A program made the position numbers and the translations under genes. Below the pieces are notes generated by a model. That model was not told where the DNA came from, searched no databases, and saw only the letters and a program-made list of their open reading frames with translations. Positions 37,256-50,221 of a DNA stretch of 64,000 bases are shown one piece after another (within the stretch, counting starts at the first letter, position 1; each line of letters begins with the position of its first letter). The stretch covers positions 9,424,001 through 9,488,000 of the forward strand of contig NC_043009.1 in NCBI RefSeq assembly GCF_006345805.1, read 5' to 3'. Origin of the DNA: Octopus sinensis (Eukaryota).

Positions 37256-38489
37256 CACATTTATTTATTTTATAGGTTACTCATCTAATGATTAACCTAC
37301 TGCTCCATGTAGTACCTTTCTTTGCATAAAATATTGTTTGCTTGAGGGTAGAGTTGGAAGTGGCTCTCTATTGGTTGCTTGCTCTCAAGATGTGATAAGG
37401 GTTTTGTCTTGGTGGGTAATGTTTTGGAAGACAGCTACGTCAGCTAGCAGGACCATTCTGTGACTACTAACTTTTAACTGGACTATTTACTGTAATCACA
37501 GAAGTGGTTATTATTAGCAGTTGCCCAGATTCCTGATTGTAGCCACTCTTTCTCCCTACTGGTCTTGGAGTCCTTGCAAAGATCATCAGTATTGCCCTTC
37601 ATTTTTTTTAATTAACTTTTGATATCAACTTTCTCTCCTGTGACTGCCTTTACTGAGTGTTCGTATTTGAATTAAAAGTCTTCAGTGTAATACCATTAAA
37701 ATATATATTATATTTTAATTGGTCAATATCAACTCAGCTGTACCGATATAAAGTATATAGATTAAATAATATATTAAAAAAATGCATATATTTGTAATAT
37801 AAAGTAGGTATAAATATTTAATATGAAAAAGATATAAATGTTTTTAATATAGAAACCGTAAAGATATTTAGAAACTTAATTGAATCATTAAAAAGAAAGT
37901 TATGAAAGAACTAAACCAGTAAAAAGAAAAAGAAAAAGGAAGACCCTGGCACCCTTTCCTGATCTCTGTACCATCTGCAGTATTCCATTTTAAACCTATT
38001 ACATTTTCGTTAATGTTTGTCTATTTTCTAGAAAAAAAAAAATCTTAAATGATTTTCTATTTTGGTGAAATTCTTTTATTTTCATTTTCATTTTCTTTTT
38101 TTTTTTTTCTTTTGTTCTTGTAGGAAAAAGAATATTAATTTACTAAAGAATCCACACTGAAATGTGCGTATATATGTTACATTTATACATTTATTTATTT
38201 CTCTTTATTCATTTATGTATTTATTTGTTTTTGTTGTTGTTTATAAAAGTTGAAAACTTTTGTTTGATATATTTATAATGGTTAAATTTTATATTTGTTA
38301 CTTATATTTATTGAATTTCCATGGAGAATTTTCTTATTAGAACATTGAATGACACAGCAGGTAGACTAACGGACAAAATAGCTTGTAGTATTTGCTTACC
38401 TCCCTTTATGTTCCATAGTCTAATCCCATTGAGGGATTATCTACAACAGGAGTAGATATAAATTTGAAGCCAGTATCATAACATGTTGT

Positions 38490-38792
38490 TGTTTGTTCCT
38501 TCTTGAGCTATGCTTGGCTCATAAGGACCGGTTTCCCGGTTTATTTGATGTATAGGTTCCCCACCTGGACAAGACGCCGGTCCATTGCAGGTGAGCTGCA
38601 AGATGCAGGAGGAAAGAGTGAGAGAAAGTTGTGGCGGAAGAGTCAGCAGAAGTTTGCCATTACCTTCTGCCGGAGCCGCGTTGAGCTTAGGTGTTTCGCT
38701 CATAAACAGACACATCGCTCGGTCTGAGATTCGAACCCGTGATCCCTCGACTGCGAGTCCGCTGCTCTAACCACTAGGCCATATGCCTCCAC
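38490..38792 (-). mobile_element. tRNA-derived SINE family D recombinant variant
   Basis: Head and middle like 20906/51930, tail like 37025. Confidence 0.8.
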
Positions 38793-39020
38793 AATATAAC
38801 ATGGCCAAAATCCAATGATTAATCTTTTTGTTAACATATTTATGTGTTTGTTTCAATTAATTTTGAAAATAATGTAAGGGAGTAAAAATGTTCATGGTGT
38901 ATATATGGACATTCACACTTACGCGATTACTATGAACATTCTTACCTTACTTAACGGTCAGTCACACAGTAATTTTCTTTTGTTTTAACGATCATTTTCA
39001 TAGCATATTTTTCGATGGCT

Positions 39021-39083
39021 TGGTAACTGAAGAGATGCCAGCGTGGGTTTCCGCCCCGACATCCGAAACCCGGAGTTTTATCA
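39021..39083 (+). ncRNA. Type I hammerhead ribozyme motif with canonical CUGAAGA/GAA core in a Penelope-like repeat (about 38900-39185)
   Basis: UGGUAA-CUGAAGA-GAUG..CAUC-C-GAA-AC-CCGGA-GU-U-UUAUCA. Confidence 0.7.
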
Positions 39084-39183
39084 TGGCTACTGAATAACTG
39101 TCGCATATTATATTTACAGATAGATTCCTCTATTTACATAACATTGAAGTCTCTTTCATTCTTTTGCTGTCTTGCATTTCTAT

Positions 39184-39184
<1 letters not shown>

Positions 39185-39224
<40 letters not shown>

Positions 39225-39724
39225 CACCTACATATGTATATACATATATATACATATACACTCACACGCACACACACACACACACACACATATATATACA
39301 CATCTACATGCACACATACTTACATACATACATACATACTACATACATACATACATACAAGCATGCATACATACATACATACATACACACATACAAGCAT
39401 GCATGCATACATACATACTACATACATACATACATACATACATACATACATACAAGCATGCATACATACATACATACATACACACATACAAGCATGCATG
39501 CATACATACATACATACATACATACATGCATACATACATACATGTATATATGTATCTAAAAATCTATTAGCTGATCTTTTAACTTAAACTACTCATACAC
39601 ACACACACATATATATATATAAATATATATATATGTATATACACACATCTACATACACACATAAACACACACACACACACACATACATACTTACACACAC
39701 ACATACATACATACATACAAACAC

Positions 39725-39755
<31 letters not shown>

Positions 39756-39775
39756 TGTATATATGTATCTAAAAA
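39185..39775. repeat. (TA)/(CA)/(TACA) compound microsatellite
   Basis: Directly visible. Confidence 0.95.
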
Positions 39776-40513
39776 TCTATTAGCCGATCTTTCACCTTAA
39801 ACTTCTCTTACCTGCTTCACTGATACATTGATAATACTCAACAACACTCACACACTCGTCTGTAATGTTTAACATAACGAGATACATCTTGATTCAATGT
39901 TCATTTCTTTGAATTGACTTCAAGAATATTAAAGATATAATGTCAACATACAAAAAAAAATTATAAAAATGCGCTCACAAGAATGACTCGTTAAGTATAA
40001 ACTCTATTAACCTTTTGTTAGAAACACACTCCTGGATGCTGTAGCTTCATCTTCTTGGTGTTTTATTACACTGAAAGTATTGAGTCAAGATGTGATATTT
40101 TGCTGTTATGTTTGACATTAGAAGATGTGTGAGTGCTTACAGTGCTGAGTGCTGATAAATTACCTGTACAACAGGTAAGAATGCAGGTGAATGTTGAAAG
40201 ATAAGTTAAAAGGCAATGGGCATTTAAGCTAATTTGAGAGAGAAGGGAATGAGAAATTGTTGTAATTGTTTGGTCAAGTATCAAACAATACAGGGAAATC
40301 TCTTTTATGCCTGCCAGTGGTTTTCCGTTTTCTTTCCTTGTTTCATCATCACAGATATGAAGTTTCATGTTTAATATTGTGTATATAGAATATAAAGACT
40401 TCTCTCCTTCTCTCTCTCTTTACTTATATGTGCACGCATGTGTGTATATATATATACATATATATCCATATATACATATATATATATATATATGTATATA
40501 TATATGTGTATAT

Positions 40514-40557
<44 letters not shown>

Positions 40558-40617
40558 TATGTATATGTATGTATATGTATGTATATGTATATATATGTGT
40601 ATATATATATGTGTATG

Positions 40618-40664
<47 letters not shown>

Positions 40665-40692
40665 CATGTATGTATATACATATGTGTGTGTG

Positions 40693-40731
<39 letters not shown>

Positions 40732-40795
40732 ATCCCCCACACACATACACACTCACACACATACAGACGTGTGTATGTGTTTTTAGACAATGATA

Positions 40796-41008
40796 AGGTG
40801 GCAAGCTGGCAGAATCGTTAGCACACCAGGTGAAATGCTTAGCAGTATTTTGTCTGTCTTTATGTTCTGAGTTCAAATTCTGCCGAGGTCAACTTTTCCT
40901 TTCATCCTTTCAGGGTCAATAAAATAAGTACCAATTGAGTACTGAGGGTCGATGTAATTGTCTATACCCCTCCTCAAAATTTCATGCCTTGTGCCTATAA
41001 TAGAAAGG

Positions 41009-41062
<54 letters not shown>

Positions 41063-41260
41063 GGCAAGCTAGCAGAATTGTCAGCATGCTGGACAAAATG
41101 CTTAGTGGTATTTTGTTTGTCTCTGTGTTCTGAGTTCAAATTCCACCAGGGTCGGCTTTACCTTTCATCCTTTCGGGGTGGATAAAATAAGTATCAGCTA
41201 AGTACTGGGGTCCGTGCAATTGACTATCCTCCTCCCCCAAAATTTCAGGCCTAGAAAGGA
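40796..41260 (+). mobile_element. Two head-to-tail SINE family C copies with (ATT)n tails
   Basis: ggcaagct(g/a)gcagaat...agaaaggattattatt twice. Confidence 0.85.
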
Positions 41261-41629
41261 TTATTATTATTATTATTATTATCATTGAGTGAGAGAGCAA
41301 TGCATACCATCAAAATGACACTGGGTTAAATTATACGAAGTCCAGTATACCCATCATGACTACCCGTCTGATAAGGGTACACCAGGCACATGCATCACAA
41401 CCATATGTGCACCACATGGGGCTACAAGCTACAGTAGCATCCACCCTTAGGGGTTAGCCATATTTAAATGGCAAATATACTTCATGATGTGCTGCAGCTA
41501 CTGTTTATAACTCGCTCTGAGATTTATTATTGCTTGTTTACACTTTTTCGATATCAGTGTCTTTATGATACAGGAAAAAGGATATATATTTGCGAAGGGA
41601 CCCTACTTTTCATCGACAACTGTGATTGT

Positions 41630-41674
41630 CACACACTGATGACGGGTCAATACCCAGAAACTCGAGTCTGTGTG
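41630..41674 (+). ncRNA. Type I hammerhead ribozyme, copy 1
   Basis: CACACA-CUGAUGA-C-GGGU-CAAU-ACCC-A-GAA-AC-UCGA-GU-C/-UGUGUG; predicted cleavage after C41668. Confidence 0.8.
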
Positions 41675-41981
41675 TATCATAGGTTGAAGACGGGAAGGAT
41701 GGCTTCCCTTTGCAAATACTGATAAGGCACAGAAAGTGTGTCAATAGCCAACTGGAGGAGGTTTCCTCCTGGGGCTACAAGCTACAGTAGCATCCACTCT
41801 TAGGGGTTAGCCATATTTAAATGGCAAATATACTCATGATGTGCTGCAGCTACTGTTTATAACTCGCTCTGAGATTTATTATTGCTTGTTTACACTTTTT
41901 CGATATCAGTGTCTTTATGATACAGGAAAAAGGATATATATTTGCGAAGGGACCCTACTTTTCATCGACAACTGTGATTGT

Positions 41982-42026
41982 CACACACTGATGACGGGTC
42001 AATACCCAGAAACTCGAGTCTGTGTG
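41982..42026 (+). ncRNA. Type I hammerhead ribozyme, copy 2
   Basis: Identical to copy 1; predicted cleavage after C42020. Confidence 0.8.
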
Positions 42027-42689
42027 TATCATAGGTTGAAGACGGGAAGGATGGCTTCCCTTTGCAAATACTGATAAGGCACAGAAAGTGTGTCAATAGC
42101 CAACTGGAGGAGGTTTCCTCCTGGGGCTACAAGCTACAGTAGCATCCACTCTTAGGGGTTAGCCATATTTAAATGGCAAATATACTTCACGATGTGTTGC
42201 AGCTACTGTTTATAACTCGCTCTGAGATTTATTATATATATATATTTTTTTTTCTGTAGTTTCAGCTCAGAGCTGTGGCCATATGTATATGTGTGTGTGT
42301 CTGTGTGTATTTGTGTTTGTCTCACTCTACTGATTCACAGCTGATGTTGGTTTGTTCATGTCCTAAAACTTAGCAGTTTGGCAAGAAAGACCAACAGCAA
42401 AGGTACAGGACATAAAAATAAGTCCTGGGGGTGGGGGTGGCGATTTGATCAACTAAACCTTTCATAAGATCAATGGCTGAAACAGAAGATAAATGGTAAA
42501 AGATACTTACGTGCATTGGCAGCTTTATGTGTATGACTTGCCTGAAGACACAGAAGAACTTAGCAAGGTTGAAGAGCCACTGTTGAAAGCATGATTCTAA
42601 GAACTGTCAGTGATAGTCTTCCTGGGACTCAAGTTGACAGCCAAAAGGTGTATGTATACATACATATATATGTATGTATGTATATATAT

Positions 42690-42755
<66 letters not shown>

Positions 42756-43247
42756 CCATATATATATGTGTGTGTGTGTGTGTGTGTTGTCTCCAAACTG
42801 TTGATGATAGCTGATTCTTATCTCTGCTTTTATTGCTTGAAGTGGATAGAAGATGAATCACCCTCTGGGGAAGACATATTAGTCTATCACAAGTGACATT
42901 ACTGGAAGATCAGCCACTTATTCCAGTCAATCATCAATAACATACAAGTAATTATCCCTGCTTATTTGATAGGAGGCTGGGATTTCAAATTCCCAACTGG
43001 CAAGAGGGTTTCATCTTTTGATGAGTCCTCTGCATGATTGATAAACTTGCTAGAAATAACCACCATATATTTTCCTCAAATCATACCATAATGTCTTCAG
43101 AAATGAGGACATTGGACAACTGAAGTAATTGAAAAAAAAGGTAGTTCTAAAATCTCTCTGAGAGATAAACACACTCACAAACACACTCATATATATACGC
43201 ATAGCCACTACACACATTATTTTTCTCTCCTTGTTTTTTCTGTGTCC

Positions 43248-43283
43248 CTTTCTGTAGAAGAGCATAGGCTCGAAACGTAAAAG
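43248..43283 (+). ncRNA. Minimal hammerhead-like motif (core variant CUGUAGA) in a Penelope-like repeat at about 43200-43372
   Basis: CUUU-CUGUAGA-A-GAGC-AUAG-GCUC-GAA-ACGU-A-AAAG; more decayed copy near 15612-15645. Confidence 0.6.
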
Positions 43284-43403
43284 ACTTTTTCTATTCCTGA
43301 GCGTTATATGAATACATCTGTTTGTTCTGTACACCACCTGTCTTCGTCTTTTTGTTTTTTCGTAAACTCTCCCTATATATATATATATATGCATATATAT
43401 CTA

Positions 43404-43438
<35 letters not shown>

Positions 43439-43443
43439 ATATA

Positions 43444-43476
<33 letters not shown>

Positions 43477-43493
43477 GATATATATATAATATA

Positions 43494-43524
<31 letters not shown>

Positions 43525-43622
43525 ATATATGTATATATATATATAAAAGATAGAGTGATTGAAACAAATTTGGTTGCAAACACTGATTCAGAGCTGTCCT
43601 GGGGCTAAACAACAATCACAAA

Positions 43623-43658
<36 letters not shown>

Positions 43659-44162
43659 TGTTCAGAGACACACTTAAACCTCAACTATAAATTTGAACTA
43701 AAAATTCACTAGTTTGATTTATTATACACAAACACGTTTTAAACTTCCATGACCAATAGACTTTAACCTTAGTGACCCCGTAGTGGCCCGTGACTTTTAA
43801 CCTTAACGAATTGTTCAGTCGCCACTAAATAAATGTTTCGTGTTCCTCTATTTGATCACCGAACCTGCTAGAAATAGCAGCCAACCTTCCATCATATTTT
43901 ATACACCTATTATTTTAGAAACAATAAGTTGATCATAAGAGGAATACTCATGAAGAGCAACAGGTCAAGTCAGGCCATTTATGGTCAAATGTCACCCTAG
44001 ATAGTGTCTGCCTGGAAATCTCAACTACCAGGAAGCATCATCTTTTGATTTGTTTGTTGTGGTTATGGGCAAAGATCTGTATTGTATGCAAAGTTTGTCT
44101 TTCTTTACAAAGTGGGTGTGCATCCATGCAGATAACCACTTTTAATTTAAAACAAAAATTTC

Positions 44163-44415
44163 ATTCTTTTGTGTCTGGGGAGAGTCATTTTCTTTTTGTG
44201 CCTTATTATGTAACACACTCACCGGTAAAATTTCCACTTTTTTTTCTTATTTTTATTGTCCTAAAATTTTCGTTGTCTTAACTATTGAAAAGGTTGCAAG
44301 ACGCAACGAAAATTTTAGGACAATAGAAATAATAAAAGAATGTGGAAATTTTACCGGGGTGTTGTTAAATTATGAGGCACAAAAAGAAAATGACTCTCCC
44401 CTGACACAACAGAAT
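44163..44415. mobile_element. Fold-back MITE with about 110-bp inverted arms
   Basis: ggggagagtcattttctttttgtgcc...aaaattttcgttg mirrored by caacgaaaattttagg...ggcacaaaaagaaaatgactctcccc. Confidence 0.85.
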
Positions 44416-44627
44416 ATGCTGCAACACACGAACTCATATAAAGAATCTTGCAAACCAAATCCAAAAACAAAAATTTTATTTCAATTTCAAAAATCTTATG
44501 CACCATGTTTATTTTTGTTTCTGTGCTAGTTATTAGATGTGTGTGTGTGTGTGCATGTGCTCACCCACACATACAAGTGGACAGCTTGGAAGGAACATTG
44601 CTAGGAAAGTTAAGTGAAATGGCTTAA

Positions 44628-44848
44628 CCCTTTCATTACCGTATTTCTTTTGAGATGCTCTGTGTTTCTTTCAATTACTATAAATATAACAAAGAATTTA
44701 GTAAAATAGCTTAATTATCATTAAGCTAGTGTTAGGAACATAAATTGTGACTAAGGTTTGGTGGAAGATTTAATTTCAAAACTTAAGAAAACAAGACATT
44801 TGTGCTACAGAGCCAGAGCCGGTTTCAGCCAGATTGGTAACGAAAGGG
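44628..44848. mobile_element. piggyBac-type MITE family 1
   Basis: TTAA|ccctttcattacc...ggtaacgaaaggg|TTAA; another copy at about 46932-47149. Confidence 0.85.
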
Positions 44849-44934
44849 TTAACCACAGATAAGGCTTCCAGTTCAAATATTGCTTTTGTGAGCTTCCACC
44901 AGCTTTTAACAATGCTTGAATATCACACACAAAT

Positions 44935-45009
<75 letters not shown>

Positions 45010-45112
45010 TGCATATGCTCATACATGCATGCCCACACACACACACATACACCTATGTTAATAACTATACCTATGATGTTTATTTATATATAGCCCTCTT
45101 TCGATTATGGTG

Positions 45113-45650
45113 ACGATGTTCCAGTTGGTCCGATTAACAGAACAGATCCCAGCCTGCTTGTGAAACCAACAGGCAAGTGACAGAGCACTTCTCAGACTCA
45201 TGTACCCTTAACATTGTTCTGAGGGAGATACAGCGAGATACAGAATGTGCAAGGCTGGCCCCTTTCAAATACAGGTACAACTTATTTTTACCAAAAGCAC
45301 CATCCGATCGTGGCCATTTGCCAGCCTCGTCTGGCACCTGTGCCGGTGGCACGTAAAAAACACCCACTACACTCTCGGAGTGGTTGGCATTAGGAAGGGC
45401 ATCCAGCTGTAGAAACACTGCCAGATCAGATTGGAGCCTGGTGCAGCCTTCTGGCTTCTCAGACCCCGGTCGAACCGTCCAACCCGTGCTAGCATGGAAA
45501 GTGGACGTTAAACAATGATGATGATGATGAATAGACTGGAGCAATGCGAAATAAAGTGTCTTGCTCAAAGGTACAACACACCACCAGGGTTCGAACTCAC
45601 ACCCTTATGACCATAAGCCAAATACCATAACCACTAAGTCATGTGCTTTC
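45113..45650 (-). mobile_element. SINE family D variant interrupted by a plus-strand RTE 3'UTR copy (45295-45530)
   Basis: SINE core and tail flank the (GAT)n-tailed insertion; sister copy at 45690-45935. Confidence 0.75.
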
Positions 45651-45980
45651 ACATTTACATATACTCTTTTACTTGTTTCAGTCATGAAATAAACATGTAA
45701 GGTATTGAGCACTCCACAGACACATGTGTCCTTATTGTAGTTCTCAGGGAGTTTCAGCATGATACAGAATGTGACAAGGTGGGCCCTTTGAAACTCAGGC
45801 ACCACTCATGTTTGCCAGCTGAGTGGACTAGAGCAACATGAAGTAAAGTGACTTGCTCAAGGAGACAATGTGCCACTGGAAATTGAACTCATGACCTTAC
45901 AACCATGAGCTGAATACTCTGACCACTAAACCACATACAAGCATGTCAAATAGAGCATTATTATTATGATTATTATTATG

Positions 45981-46022
<42 letters not shown>

Positions 46023-47171
46023 GAGTGAGAGAGCAGTGCATTGCCATCAAAGTGACACTGGGGTAAAATATACGGAGCCCAGTATACCCATCATGACTAC
46101 CTACCTGTCTGATAAGGGTACACCAGGCACATGCATCACAACCATATGTGCGTGACATGGTGATCTCATATCAAGATTAACAGTGTATGACCTTGCAGGT
46201 GGGGCCCAATTAGAATTTTCTTCAGGTCGAGTAGCCCATCCCACTCAAAAGGTCCTTATTATTATTTGTGCAGTGGCTTTGCCTAATTGTTAAAGTGTTG
46301 GTTAAAATGTCTTTTAGTATTTGTTTCATCTCCTTACATTCTGAGTTCAAATTCCACCAAGGTTGACTTTGCCTTTCATCCTTTGGGGTCTGATAAAATA
46401 AGTACCAGTTGATCGCTGGTGTCAATGTAATCAATTTACCGCCTCCGCTGAAATTGCTGAACTTATGTCAAAATTTGAAGCCATTATTACTGGGACATTG
46501 CGTTCACCTAATTGTTAAAAGTGTTGGTCAAAATGCTTTCCAGTTTTGCTCCAGCTTTTAATGTTCTGAGTTCAAATCCTGCCAAAGTCAATTTTGCTTT
46601 TCATCATTTCCAAGGTTGATAAAATAAAGTACCAGTCAGAATCATCAACTGGGGTTGATTTAATCAACTATGTCCTCACCTTGAAATTCCTGACCTTGTG
46701 TTTATGTTTTGAAACAAATCAATATTTCATGTCTGTGTCAAATCTTGGAATCATTTCCTAAACCATCCAAACAACAAAATATTTGGTAATCAGAGATTGT
46801 TGTTTGTGAGAATACAAAAAAAAAAAAAATTTTTTTTTTTTGAAATATTGAAAATAGTTTTTTAATACAATTGAGAAAAAAACAAACAATTCATGACAAA
46901 AATAGGAGTTGCAGCAAGAATGCTTAATTAACCCTTTCGTTACCAACCCTGGCTGAAACCGGTTCTGGCTCTGAGTACAAATGTTTTGATTTCATAAGTT
47001 TTTAATTAAAATCTTCTATGAAACCTTAGTCACAATCTATGTTCTTAACACTAGCTTAATGATTAAGTTATTTTACTAAATTCTTCGTTAGATTTGAAGT
47101 AATTGAAAGAAACACAGAGCATCTCAAAATAAATACAGTAACGAAATGGCTAAGCAGTAAATCCTAGTTTG

Positions 47172-47176
47172 TGTAT

Positions 47177-47208
<32 letters not shown>

Positions 47209-47951
47209 TCATCACCATCACTGCTGCTGCCGCCACCACCACCACCACCATCCTCATCATCATCATCATCATCACCATCACCATCACTGCTGCCGCCACC
47301 ACCACCACTACCACCATCCTCCTCATCATCATCATCACCATCACTGCTGCTGCCGCCACCACCACCACCACCATCCTCATCATCATCATCATCACCATCA
47401 CTGCTGCTGCCGCCACCACCACCACCACCATCCTCATCCTCATCATCATCATCACCATCACCATCACTGCTGCCGCCACCACCACCACCACTACCACCAT
47501 CCTCCTCATCATCATCATCACCATCACTGCTGCTGCCGCCACCACCACCACCACCATCCTCATCATCATCATCTCACCATCACTGCTGCTGCCGCCACCA
47601 CCACCACCACCATCCTCATCATCATCATCATCACCATCACTGCTGCTGCCGCCACCACCACCACCACCACCATCTCATCCTCATCATCAATCATCACCAT
47701 CACCATCACTGCTGCCGCCACCACCACCACTACCACCATCCTCCTCATCATCATCATCACCATCACTGCTGCTGCCGCCACCACCACCACCACCATCCTC
47801 ATCATCATCATCATCACCATCACTGCTGCTGCCGCCACCACCACCACCACCATCCTCATCATCATCATCATCACCATCACTGCTGCTGCCGCCACCACCA
47901 CCACCACCATCCTCCTCATCATCATCATCACCATCACTGCTGCTGCTGCCG

Positions 47952-47996
<45 letters not shown>

Positions 47997-48245
47997 CCAT
48001 CACTGCTGCTGCCGCCACCACACCACCACCATCCTCATCATCATCATCATCTCACCATCACTGCTGCTGCCCCGCCACCACCACCACCACCATCCTCATC
48101 ATCATCATCACATCATCACCATCACCATCACTGCTGCCGCCACCACCACCACTACCACCATCCTCCTCATCATCATCATCACCATCACTGCTGCTGCCGC
48201 CACCACCACCACCACCATCCTCATCATCATCATCATCATCGTCAT
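47172..48245. repeat. Minisatellite of about 17 units (56-70 bp) built from CAT/CAC/TGC triplets
   Basis: Unit catcactgctgctgccgccaccaccaccaccaccatcctcatcatcatcatcac with a recurring variant. Confidence 0.95.
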
Positions 48246-48742
48246 TGTCATAACACCCACTTTTTTTTACGTTTGCATGGATCTGAAGGAATTCATTGAG
48301 GCAGACTTTCTGCTGCCGATTGTCCTTCCTCCCTTCAACCCCGATTGTCCTTCCTCCCTTCAACCCCTCACTTGGCTTCAAGACAGGTAGTGCGTCTTGC
48401 AAGGCCTGACACATTTTCATGCAAGACTGGAAAAAAAAGAACACCGTTTATATGAAGATGTTGCTTGTTTAGGTTTATCACATAAAATCAAGACAAAAAA
48501 AAATCACACACACACACACATATATATACATATATACGACAGGCTTCTTTCAGTTTCCGTCTACCAAATCCACATATATGACAAACTTCAACTCAGTTTC
48601 CATCAACCAAATTGACTCACAAGATATTGATTACCCCATGGCTATGGTCGAGGACACAGTAGAACTGAACCCAAAACCAATATGGTAACAAACTGAACTT
48701 CTTGACCGTGTTCCTAAAGGAAAATTTATGCTTTATTAAATA

Positions 48743-49093
48743 CTCTTTTACTTGTTTCAGTCATTTGACTATGGCCATGTTGGAGCACCGCCTTTAGTTG
48801 ACTTATTCTTTGTAAGCCTAGTACTTATTCTATCGGTCTCTTTTGCCGAACCGCTAAATTACAGGGACGAAACACACCAGCATCGGTTGTCAAGCGATAT
48901 TGGAGGGACAAACACACAAACACACACACACATACATATACACGACAGGCTTCTTTCAGTTTCTGTCTACCAAATCCACTCACAAGGCTTTGGTCGGCTT
49001 GAGGCTATAATAGAAGACACTTGCCCAAGGTGCCACGTAGTGGGACCGAACCCGGAACCATGTGTTTCGTACTGCACAGCCACTCCTACGCCT
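48743..49093 (-). mobile_element. SINE family A (internal deletions)
   Basis: Family match. Confidence 0.85.
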
Positions 49094-49612
49094 ATGACAA
49101 ATGTTTATATTTGTTTGTGTATGTTTATGTATTAAACACCGATTTGCTTCCCGTGGGCATAAATCGAGGGAATGGAATTCTTTTTTTCTCCAAGATTTCC
49201 AATGGATGGGATATGCATGAGTTCTTAATTGTTTGTAGCGCTGGTGGTAGGGGTGGGAGGTCATCTTGGTAAATTCTTGAACAAGAATGTTAATGAATGT
49301 TATATATATTGTGTGTGTGTGTGTGTGATTAAAAGCAGCAAGGTGTGGATGGGTGGGTGGAGGTGATAAGTAAACGCCATAAAAGTTGGCTAGAATTCAA
49401 CTGCTCTTATATTTTATTATTCCTACAGAACTACTGAAAGTTAATAATCAATATTAATCTGGTCATAAAATGGTAACCGCACCAGAACCCATGTGGCCCA
49501 ATTCTTTGAAAAATCAGTCAGAAAACACACACACACACACACATAAACCAATGTGTACATTTATCACATTTAGAGATGTACACTATATATTCAGATTGGT
49601 ATGTATGTATAC

Positions 49613-49663
<51 letters not shown>

Positions 49664-50018
49664 TATACACGCACGCACATACATTGTCATATATTAAATT
49701 GTTCCGCGCTCTCTCTTTACTTATTATGAGAGAAAGAGAAAGAGAGAGAGAGAGAGAACAATAAAAGAATAAAAAGATTGAGAGCGCACACACACACATA
49801 CACACACACATACACACACACATACACACACACATATACACGTGTAAACACACACACACACACACACAATATGAGCAAGGAAGAAACAGCGATAAAAGAA
49901 ATATTGAACATATATACATACGTGTGTACATATGTAATGAAGGAGAGAGAGAGAGAGAGAGAGAACGAGAGAGAGCAATAAAAAATATATTGAGTATAAA
50001 TACAAACAAATAATATAA

Positions 50019-50061
<43 letters not shown>

Positions 50062-50180
50062 CACACACTAAAAATGTGATTTAGAATTACTATCAAATTG
50101 AAAAATTTATACTTCTCTCTATGTGTATATATAGATATAGAGGTGTGTGTGTGTGTAATATATATATATATATCTGTGCG

Positions 50181-50221
<41 letters not shown>

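Larger units (their letters stand above)
41418..42234 (+). repeat. Tandem repeat, about 2.3 units of 352-353 bp, each full unit with a hammerhead ribozyme (retrozyme / Penelope pLTR-like)
   Basis: Units start ggggctacaagctacagtagc at 41418, 41771 and 42123; units nearly identical. Confidence 0.95.

Noticed and set aside
41720-41745. Second hammerhead in the unit (CUGAUAA-GGCACA/UGUGUC)
   Set aside because: Core lacks G8 and no GAA follows the stem
41468-42074. Duplicated 77-84 aa ORFs in the tandem repeat
   Set aside because: No recognisable domain, start differs by an indel between units; better explained as a by-product of the ribozyme repeat
41418-42234. CRISPR-like or rDNA/snRNA array
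   Set aside because: No unique spacers and no similarity I can recognise to 5S rRNA or snRNAs; eukaryotic context
47169-48299. 360-376 aa His-rich or Pro/Ser-rich protein gene
   Set aside because: Triplet-based minisatellite with frame-shifting indels, no ATG context or splice support
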